The notes under the pieces are model-generated. The model was given only the letters and a program-made list of their open reading frames with translations. It searched no databases and was not told the DNA's origin. A stretch of DNA of 64,000 nt from the human T2T-CHM13v2.0 reference genome, Homo sapiens. The stretch lies in assembly GCF_009914755.1 (NCBI RefSeq), contig NC_060927.1, one strand, 5' to 3'. The position numbers were made by a program, and so were the translations under genes. Shown piece by piece: positions 50,941-64,000 of this stretch (within the stretch, counting starts at the first letter, position 1; each line of letters starts with the position of its first letter).

Positions 50941-53900
50941 CTCATCTTTGTCATTTCTAATTATACTTATCTGGGTTTTCTCTTTTTGTTGTTAACCTTG
51001 CTAGCAGAATATCAATCTTGTTTATTTTTTGAACAACCATCTCTCGGTTTAATTGATCCTTTGTATAGATTTTTGCGTTTCAATTTTATTCAGCTCTTTT
51101 TAAATTTTAGTTCTTTTCCTCTGCTAGTTATAATGTTGGTTTATTCATTTTCCCTAATTACTTTAGGTGAAAAGTTAGATTGTTAATTTAAGATCTTTCT
51201 AACTTATAGATAAAGACATTTTAGTGCTATAAACTTTCCCTTAACACTGCTTTAGCTGCATTCCTAAAATTTTGGTGAGTTGTGTCCCTATTTTCATTAA
51301 TTTCAAATAATTTTTTGATTTCAGACTTAATTTCTATCTTTATCCAGGAGTTATTCAGAGCAAGTTGTTTAATTTTCATGTATTTATGCAGTTTTGAGAG
51401 ATCTTCTTGATATTGATTCCTATTTTTATTTCATTGTGGTTCAAGAGTATGGTTGGTATGATTTCAATTTTTCAAATTTATTGATACTTGCTTTATGACC
51501 AAGCATGTGGTAAATCTTAGATTACATTCAATGTGCCAATAAGATGCATCCATACTCTGTAGTTGTGGAATACATGTTTTGTAGATATCTACTAGGTCTA
51601 ATTGTTCAAGTGTTGAGTTTAATTACACAGTTTCTTTGACAGTTTTCTGGCTTGATAATCTGCCTAATGCTTTCAATGGGGTGTAGAAGTCTCCAACTAT
51701 TATTGTGTGGTTGCCTAAGTGTTTTCACAGGTTAAGAAGAACTTGTTTTGTGAATCTCGTGCCGCAATATGAGGTACATACGTATTTAGAATCATTAAGT
51801 CTTCTTGTTCTATTATATTCTTTATCATTGTATAATGCCGTTCTTTGTCCTTCTTATTTTTATCATTTTAAAGTCTGTTTTATCTGATGTAAGAAAAGAA
51901 ATTCTATTTCCTTTATATTTTTTGTTTGCATGATAGACCTCTCTCAACCCTTTACTTTGAGCCTGTGGGTATTGTTATTTGTGAGATGGATCTCGTGTAG
52001 ATAGCAGATGGTTAGGTCTTGTCTTTTTATTCAGCTTGACACTCTATGTATTTTAAGTGTGGGCATTTAGCCCATTTACATTCAGGGTTAGTATTGATAT
52101 GTGATATTTGGATCCTGTCATCATATTGTTAGCTGGTTGTTACGTAGACTTGATTATGTAGTTGCTTTATAATACTTGTGGGCTATGTGTTTAAGTGTGT
52201 TTTTGTGGTAACAAGTGTCATTCTTTTGACTTCATATTTAGTACTCCCTTAAGTACCTCTTGCAAGACTGGTCTCCTTGAAGTGAACTTCTTAAGTGTTT
52301 GCTTGTGTGAGAAGGATTTTATTTCTCCTTCACTTATGAAGCTTAGTTTGTCAGGATGGTAAATTCTCAGTTGGAATTTCTTTTCTTTAAACATGCTGAA
52401 CATAAGGCTCCGATCGCTTCTTAGAGGTCTGCTGCTAGTCTAATGAGGTTTCCTTTGCATCTGACTTGACCCTTCTCTCTAGCTGCTTTTACGATTTTTT
52501 CTTTTGTGTTGACCTTGGTGAATCTGGTGATCATGTGCCTAGGGGATCATAATTTTGTGTAGTATCTAGCCAGGGTTCTCTGTATTTCGTGAATTTGCCC
52601 ATCAACCTCTGTAGTGAGATTAGGGAATTGTTCACCGACTGTATCCTGAAATATATTTTCCAAGTAGCTTATTCTCTCTCCTTCTCTCTCAGGAATGCCC
52701 ATGAGTCTCAGATCTGTATCTTTACGTGGCCTCATATTTCTTGGAGGTATTGTTCATTTTAAAAAATTCTCTTTTCTTTATTTTTTTCTGACAAGTTAGT
52801 TGAAAGAACTGGTGTTCAGGCTCTGAGATCCTTTCCTCAGCTTGGTGTATTCTGTTGTAAACATAGATTGTATTGTGGGGCTTGTATTGTATTATGAAAT
52901 TCATGTAGTAATTTTTTCAGCTCTAGAATTTGTTTAGTTCTTTCTTAAAATGATTGGTCCTTCTTTCAGCTATTGGGTCATTTTACTGGATTCCTTGAAT
53001 TAGTTTCAACTTTCTCCTGAATCTCAATGAGCTTCCTTGCCATCAAGATTCTGGATTCTAAGTCTGTCATTTCAGACTAATCATTGCTGGGGGGCTAGAG
53101 GACTCATTTGGAGGTAAAGGGATGCTCCATCTTTTAAAATTGTCAGAGTTATTTCACTGACTTATTCTCATCTGTAGGTGTTAGTGTTCCTTAATCTGTG
53201 GTAAAAGTTAAGTTATAGATAGTTCATTTCATTTTTGGATGTTTTCAGAGGGCCAAGATGCTACACACAGTCTTTCTTTGTGGCTGAATTCATGCCCTTG
53301 GTTTCACAGGGGTGTGTATTTGCTAAATATTTTTGGTGTTGAAGTTTGGGCTGCCATCCAGTAGCTGCCGCTTAAAAGTAATGGGTGGTAAATAGGTTCT
53401 TACTCAGTTGTGTGGCTCCTATGTATTTCCTCCTGTTTGCAGCCATGCTCTGCAGTGCAAAGGGAAGGAGGTGACTCCTTCAGTAGGTCTGCTGCTGGCC
53501 TATCTCTAATCACTGGCATCGGGCCCATGTTTCTTTTGTTAGGTGTTCTAGGCTGTGGGGCTCCCTGGGAAAAGGCCACATCACAGAGACATGCCACACC
53601 ATTTCTAGGCTGGACCTGTGGAAGGAATTATCCCCCATCTTGCTCAAGACCACAAGGTCACACATCTGACCTCTAAGTGCCCTGAGAGTTTGGGCTTCTC
53701 TGCCACTAGAGTGCTAGCCACAGATCTCAGCTCAGCACTCCTGAGCTACTTGCTGCCACCCTGGGGCACTAAGATAGACTTGTGCTGTATCCTCCAAACA
53801 CCTGGAGTTGGGTTCAACGTGGACTGAAGGATCTGAAGTGCTCCCAGCCTGCCAGGAATGTAACCAGGTGGAGTGAAGGACCCAGGCTGAGCAGTAGAGT

Positions 53901-54821
53901 CTGCACTGTGAACATGCTCCTGTAGGGCTGTCAGGAAGGGAATCTGGGAGCGGTTGGCAAGCAGGAAGACTTGCAGAATGCATGTGCTGTAGTCCCACAG
54001 GAAAGTTATCTCTGCTTTTTCCTGTCCTAGTGGCCATCTCTTCCTTTCTTACCTGAGGGTAACTTCATCTTCTTGGTTTTTAGGCCAAAAACCACAGGAT
54101 TGGGAAATCTGTGAGAGACAGGTGCTTTCATGCTCCAAGCACGTTCTGAGAATCCATCACACACACACTGTCCTACATTTTTGTGATTCCAAGTCTTTAA
54201 CCATGCAGCACAATCATTAGTTGCTAATAATTATAGATACATATTCTCACTTCAGGCCGTTTCTCAAATCATGGCTGCTCGACATTAAGACAACTGCTTG
54301 AAGTAAGCTCATTAGAGTATTTTTCCTTCACTCTTCTTCAGAACCCACTGTATCTAACTCATCAACAAGTGTATTTACATATGATGCTAGTATATTGCAT
54401 AATGCTATCTTTAAGCCAGCTTATTTTTTTCATTTTTTTCAAGAAACTTAATGTGAGTAATGTCCCACACAGCTGCAGTTTTCAATCAAAGCACAGATTT
54501 TATTAAAAATAGTAAATCAGTCGTAATGAAAGTATAAGATATCTATTCATACATTTCAACTTAGGTATCTGCTCAGGTCTAAGCCTGTATTTGCCAACTT
54601 GGACTTTAAGTGAAACAATGTATAAAAAAGCCAGTTTTTTTTTTTTTTCTTATGAACGTTGTAACAAAAGGACATTAATCAAAATGACATTATTAAAGGA
54701 CCTGCTGTATGTCATTCCACTTAAAGTAGAAGTTTGAAAGACTCTATGATAATGTTAAGTGAGAATTTACTGCACACACTTAATATGGTGATTTTAATGT
54801 GTAACAGCATGGCAAATTTAA

Positions 54822-55119
<298 letters not shown>

Positions 55120-55461
55120 ACAAATTTAAATTTCAAAACAGAATGTTCAAGCTCTTGCCAAAAAAGTTATGTACTATCCTTTATCCCTTTGTTTCCCTAA
55201 ACTCCAAAAGCAAATCATAATCTAGTGCTATTGAGTTGCCTTTTAAAATATACTATATACTGTAAATCTGACTACATCCTACCCCTCTACTAAAGTTTTA
55301 ACCATCATCATCCCTTATTTGGAATGCCTTATTAGCTCTCAAATGTCTTCTCTGCTTCCTGTTTTTGTGTGTCTCTCTGCTCTTTTCCACAAAGTAATCA
55401 AGCTTTCTGTTTAAAAAATGTATATTTCTTTTGCACCAATGCTGTGACATACACTATTTTA

Positions 55462-55462
<1 letters not shown>

Positions 55463-55498
<36 letters not shown>

Positions 55499-55531
55499 TA
55501 ATTGATGAGACAGACAAAAACACACACACAG
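55463..55531. repeat. (CA)n microsatellite with an imperfect extension
   Basis: CA run visible directly. Confidence 0.9.
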
Positions 55532-55599
55532 ACAAACATGATGGGATAGACAAAAATCTCTATCCTGGTGTAGGTTTTCTTTATGGGAAGGAGAGGAGG

Positions 55600-56270
55600 C
55601 AAATAACAATAGATAAATGTAGATAAAATGATAAATTGTTTGTTGATTTGTTCCATGGAATAAAATACAGAGAGTTAGTGGATTGAAAATGACAGGGAAA
55701 AAAAGAGATTGTATTTTGAAATGGGGTAGTCAGTACAGAGTTGAGAAATAACAGGTTCACCATGTGGATATTGAGAAAGAGCCCTTTGGCAGAGGGAACA
55801 GCAAGGGAGAAACCTGTAAAGTGGGAATATATCTGCCTTTATTCAGAGACAGCAAAGGGGCCAGTAGAATTGGAGGACAGTGGAATTAACAGGAGGCCAG
55901 ATTACTTAGGTTCTAGTATCAACCAATTCATTGAGCTTTGCCAAGGATTTTGGTTGTCTTCTGAGTGAAATAGCAAGATACTGGAGAGTTTTGAGCAGAA
56001 GAGTGACATGATTTTACTTATTTCAAATTATCACTCTTGATGTGCCATTGAGGGTAGAGAGCAGTGCATTAAGTGTAAACACAGGGAGATCAGTTTAGGA
56101 GGCCTATTCTAATCCATGCTGGAGATTATGGTATATCAATCTGGGAGTACAATGGAGACAGTGAAATGTAGCAAAATTCTGCATATATTCTGAAATGAAA
56201 GGCAAGAAGATTTCCTGAAGATTCGATGTGGGGTAAAAGAGAATGTAGAGTCATTCACGATCCAATCTCA
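55600..56270 (-). mobile_element. L2 fragment
   Basis: agagggaacagcaag..., ctggagagttttgagcagaagagtgacatgat..., aattctgcatatattctgaa. Confidence 0.75.
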
Positions 56271-56339
56271 CCAAATTCAATTTGGAAAGACTGATGAAAA
56301 GAATTTGGAACTCTTTAATGCTCATTTCACTGTGAGAAA

Positions 56340-56637
56340 CATCCAGGGCTCAGCAGAAGCTATGCCAGCAGGACCAGCAATAGCGGTGGCAGCGTCAAGG
56401 TCCAGTGGAGGTCATGCCATTGGAGGTGAAGCTCAGTCATCAGCAGCAATGATAATGGCATCCCAACTTGACTCTTGTTTAGATTTGTTTGCAGATCAGC
56501 CTATCTGGACATCTTTTGTTTCTGCACATTTCTCAAACTGTTATTTGAACTATAGAATATGTTTCAAATGAAATTCATTGCTGCTAAGTTAATTAGAATC
56601 AGTTTCTGTTATTTTCAAATAAGAAACAAGTTATACA
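56340..56637 (+). mobile_element. LTR33-like ERVL LTR 3' part
   Basis: gcggtggcagcgtc...ttgtttctgcacattt...ctgctaagttaattagaatcagtttctgtt...aagaa...ataca. Confidence 0.5.
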
Positions 56638-58073
56638 GTGACTCTTAGTCTCTAAGCACAAGGACAAAATTATGTTTTATTCTATTTGTGTGTAGGGCCC
56701 AGTTACACAGTAATGTTTCAAATATGCTTTTTTTGTTAAATAATGAGATAAATCATTAGTAAAGGAATGAATTGGTGGATGAATTAAATTAATTGACCAA
56801 AAATATTAGGAGTTAACTTTTTTCTCTAAAACGCCTGTTTTTTTCTCTTCTTTCTTCCTTTCTTTCTTTTCTTTTCTTTTTTTACCATACAGCTTCCTAT
56901 TTATTGAAAATATCATATTAGTTCAGAATGGAATTCTTTTGGAAAGGAAAAGTAAAGAACAGATGATTCAAAGTAAAAAAAGAGAAGTAACCTGCTTTCA
57001 AGTGTATGTGATGACCTGACATGTGTTGTTCTGTGTGTATTCTTGATTTTCATATCTTCTATTACAGCCTTTAAACCATAATTTGCTTTCAAAAGTTTTC
57101 ACTTTTTGCTTTTTACCTAATTTTTATACTACAAAACTTAAACGCCTATTTTTATAATTATTTTCTGCTTTTTTTCTATACACAAAAACACACGATGTTT
57201 ATTCAGTGCACTATGATAACTATGGAAGTGTATAATTTTGGCGTGACAATGTTGCAACATCTTAGATGGCATCCTTACCAGTGTATTAACAAAATTGAAG
57301 ATGCCATTGACTATAACATAAAAACTTCAAATAACACTCATAGAAATTTAAAACATTTTTATATCAAATATCTCAATAGACTAGAAGATATAAACTTGGG
57401 CTAAACATATCTTATTAAATTCTTATAAATCACACTGCCTTTATTAATAATTATCATGATCAATAAGACTACTTCATTTTTACATCGTAAGTTTGAGTTA
57501 TGCCCATCAGTACTTACATAATGTAATATTAACAAGGGCAGTAAGAAAACTCTATAATTAGGGTCATATCTCAATTTAGTATTTTTAGGTTAGAATTTTT
57601 TGTGTAATGGAATATAGTTTTAATCTTTTTAAAAATAAAAATATTTTATATAGTTATCACCTCAGCTACTTAATATCTCCATTAAAGTCTTGTCTTCTAT
57701 TGGGAGCAAAAGTAGAATGTGCATGTAGTAAAAATGTATGACAAGGTATCTCTTAACAGCTGGGATAAACACAGCTTTAATTTTTGCTACTTACATAGTT
57801 TTTATTTTCTTATACTACTAATCTTAATAAACTTGAGGCTATTTAAATTGCTACATGCAGATCTAGAAGAAAACTTTGATGATGGGGTCTCAATGCCCTC
57901 ATCAACAATGCTATATTGTTATAATTTTCTAGATTTATAGAAGATAGAAGTCTAGAAGCTTGTAGCATCTCAAATATCATAGAAGATAGCTGGAAATAGC
58001 AGCCTCCAAAGACAATAATTTTTTGGTTGTCAAATCAGTTCTGTAATTACGTATAAGTGAGATTGCTGAATTG

Positions 58074-58112
58074 TATTGTTTGTAAAGTCCTTCTATTGTT
58101 TGTAAAGTCCTT
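58074..58112. repeat. 20-bp-period tandem duplication
   Basis: tattgtttgtaaagtcctt, twice. Confidence 0.9.
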
Positions 58113-58139
58113 GTTTCATCTTAATTGTCCTTGTTTCTT

Positions 58140-60820
<2,681 letters not shown>

Positions 60821-62171
60821 TTATCTTGACATTTTTGATCCCAAGAAAATGAGCTAGTACTTAGCACATAAAAAATAGTAAGTACTATTATGTGGAATAC
60901 ATAGATGGAAGCCCTAATCAAAGAAATGGAAAGTGAGGTCTTCAGTAAAAGAGAGTAATAATAGAATCAGTAGACAACGGAATAATGAGAATAAATGCAA
61001 CAACTAGATCATGTATCAACACTATAACTTCTAACAGTGAGTGAACCGAGGCTTAAAAAAAAGTGTACAGAATGTCATAGTTTTTCTGTTTGTGTGAGTA
61101 GAGGGACTTTAGAGAGGCCACAATGTGGGAGCTCTTTAAATCAGGACATCAAAAAGGAGAACATTTTTAAGATGATCACTCAAAGTGATGCAATAACACC
61201 ACTGATTCCACATAATTACTGTTTAAGCATAGTTTTTGTTGATTAGAGTAAATTTATTAAATTAGTATCATATTATTTCCATTTTAATGTTACTTATATG
61301 AATCACTTTAATTTAATTAACAAATAATTATTAAACATGGCCTATGCTGGAGGTGAGTAGGTGATTGAGAGAAGATCAAATGATTATTTAAAATAAATGG
61401 AAATAACTTTGTATAATTTCTTCTTTTTTTGTTTTTTCTCTATTGCTGGAAATTATCACATGATGCTTAAAGTTTCACAGGTTAGGTTCCCTGTATTAAT
61501 ATATCTTTATACCTATCAGGATTCTGATATTCATTATATAAACAAAAATATTTACTTTAATAGGTAGAAGTATATATTAAGAATTATGATATGGCAATAT
61601 AAAAATATTAAAAAATATACATATAAGCCCTTCAAGCAAGAATAAGGACAATATTATGTTATTTTGATTTGTGGCTTGCAAACTATTGCTTTCAATATAT
61701 TTTATATATGGTATGTTTAAATCATCTTATTATTTCATGGTCATAAACTTATTCCATATTTCTTAGTACAATAAAATATTCATTTTTAAAATGGACTAAA
61801 ATATCAAGACACTAAACATTGCAAATCAATATGAACACTGTTTTCTTAATTATGGTGTAAATTGGTTATATTTTTGTACAAACAAGATGCCAATTCTTTG
61901 ATAGTTTATTTAAAACATATAAAACACAATAATGCATTCTGTTTAATTCTGGAGATTAACATTTATATTTTAGTGCTTATTAGGTTTGCTTTGAGATGAT
62001 GAAGAAATTTTAAACCTATTGCAATGCTCAATAGACTGAAATATTTGAAAATCGTGAGTTGGTGAAGAAAATTGATATACTATTTAATAAACTATGATGG
62101 CAACTAAAAACCACAAAAGAAAGATTAATACTTTTGGCTACATTAAAATTAATATATATATTGAGTCTCTT

Positions 62172-64000
62172 GGGGGAGCAAGTTGGACAATTAGAAGTCT
62201 TTTAGCATTTCCCTCTGTATTAGTCTGTTTTCATGCTGCTGTGAAGACACACCTCAGACTGGGTAATTTGTAAAGGAAAGAGGTTTAATTGACTGATAGG
62301 TCAGCATGGCTGGGGAGGCTTCAGGAAACTTACAATCATGGCAGAAGGGAAATCAAACATGTCCTTCTATACTTGGTGGCAGGGAGAAGAATGTGTACAA
62401 GGGGAAAAGCCCTTTATAAAACCATCAGATCTCATGAGAACTCGCTCACTATCACGAGAGCAGCATGAGGGAAACCACCCCCATGATCTAATTACTTCCC
62501 ACTGGTTTCCTCCCATGACATGTGGGGATTATGGAAACTACAATTCAAGATGAGATTTGAGGGGACACAGCCAAACCATATGTTCCTCCTCCACAGGAAT
62601 GCCAAACTAAACAACTATTCAGACAAAAGAGCATCTTCATTAGAATCCCAAATCAGGTGAGCAATTAGAGTATCTGGTTTTAACATCATTTTTAGGAAGG
62701 AAGCACTGAGGAGGGTAGAAAAGACTGTTGAATTGCCTACATGACCCTTTCCTCAACCCCTGGCAGCGGCTGAGTGGTGTAAAGAGAGAATCTGTGCCCT
62801 TGGGGGAAGAAAACACTGATTCTCAAGCTTTGCGTTGAAACTCAGTGCTGCCCTATCATAGTGGAAAGCAAAAACGGGCAGAACTCAGCTGGTACCTACG
62901 AAGGGAGCTTTTAGACCAGGCTTATTCAGAACCAATTTGTCCATTCCAGCAGTCAGAACCTGAGTTTCTACAAGGTCACCCACTACAGGTTAAAGTGCTT
63001 TGGGGTCCTAAATGAACTTGAAAGGCAGTTTACGGCACAAAAACTGCAAGTCTTGGACAAGTCTTGGTGCTGAGCTAGTCTCAGAGCCTGTGGACTTGGG
63101 GTGAACACAACCTAGTGAGATACTAGAGGGGGTCTCCAAGGGAGTGGTTTCATTATACATAACCCATCCCAAAGCAGCCAAGCTCTCAGCTCCAGGAGAG
63201 ATTCTTTCCTTCTGCTTGAGGAAAGGAGAAAGGCAAGTAAAGAGGTTTCCGTGTCGCAACTGGAATACCAACTCGGCTAAAGAAGAATAGGGTACCAGTT
63301 AGAGTCTTGAGGCCCCCATCCCAGGCCCTAGCTTCCAGATGACACTTCTAAATACATGCTGGCCTGAAGGAAACCTGTTGCAATGAAGGCAAGGACTTAG
63401 TTCTCACAGAATTCATCACCTGCTGACTAAAGGACCCTTGGGCCCTGAATAATCAACAGTGGTAGTCAGAAAATACTTGCCACCAACCTTGGGTGAGGCT
63501 ACGAGCTGCACTGGCCTCAAGTGTTATGCAGCACATTCCCAGCTATGGTGGCTATGAAAAGAGACCCATTCTGCTTGAGGAAAAGAGAGTAAAGGGACTT
63601 GGTCTTGCAGCTTAGATAACGGCTCAGATACAGAGAGATAGAGCACAAAGTGGGATCACAGGGTCCCCAGTTCCAGGCCTTGGTTCCTGGATAGCACTTC
63701 TGAATGTACCCTGGGCCAGCAGGAGTCTACTTCCCTGAAGGGAGAGAACCAGAATTGGCAGCATTCACCGCAAACTGATCAAAGAGGCTTGGCCATTAAA
63801 TGATCATTGGTAATAGCAGGGCAGTACTTGCCATGGGCATGGGGTGGTGGTGGCCTCTGGGAGAGACTACTCCACTTAAGAAAAGGAGAGGGAAGAATGG
63901 AAAGAACAGACCTTCCCAGGACCAGGGGGAACTCATTCTCCTAAAGGGAAGGACATAATCCTGGCTCGATTTGTGACCTGCTGATTGTAGAGCATTTGGG
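62172..64000 (+). mobile_element. 5'UTR of an L1MA/L1PB-type LINE-1, running off the window end
   Basis: Start gggggagcaagttgg...agaag, then aacaactat...aaatcaggtgagca after the THE1 insert. Repeated tctgcttgaggaaa units. Confidence 0.75.
62216..62583 (-). mobile_element. THE1C-like solo LTR inserted in the L1 5'UTR
   Basis: tgtattagtctgttttcatgctgct...gacacagccaaaccatat. 5-bp TSD-like ccctc / tcctc. Confidence 0.9.

Larger units (their letters stand above)
47208..54036 (-). mobile_element. Near full-length L1PA15/16-like LINE-1 with three nested Alus
   Basis: 3' end ttttcaacttttattttagat...gggtacatgtgcagg. ORF2 pieces (48673-49104 [12 protein letters not shown]...[12 protein letters not shown]). 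ORF1 pieces (KKFQLRIYHPDKLSF; LRLMGIPEREGE). GC-richer 5'UTR ~53.1-54.0 kb. TSD-like ctcttc(c)tttctt at 47196 and 54038. Confidence 0.92.

Noticed and set aside
57250-57615. Possible Tc2/Kanga-type DNA transposon remnant (aagatgccattgactataa)
   Set aside because: The similarity is too short and degraded to support by eye.

Overview
AT-rich primate genomic DNA, intergenic or deep-intronic. AluJ, AluS and AluY elements point to a catarrhine, probably human or ape. I find no credible host protein-coding gene, RNA gene or CRISPR array: every recognisable ORF is a decayed transposon or retroviral fragment, and the rest look like noise. The window is layered mobile elements: L2/MIR, hAT and Tigger DNA transposons, ERVL and MaLR pieces, several L1s, and Alus nested in them. 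The main structure is an old class I (MER4-group) endogenous provirus at ~5.4-10.1 kb. Its 5' LTR is fused directly to the end of RT, and it keeps recognisable RNase H, integrase, env and a 3' LTR. Other points worth checking are a hydrophobic small ORF between pol and env, a local duplication of an L1 3'UTR, a mosaic Alu, a recursive-splice-like motif and two repeat-poor candidate regulatory islands. Subfamily names come from my memory of consensus sequences and need RepeatMasker/Dfam confirmation. Boundaries of old elements are approximate. I found nothing I can call a new biological system with confidence.
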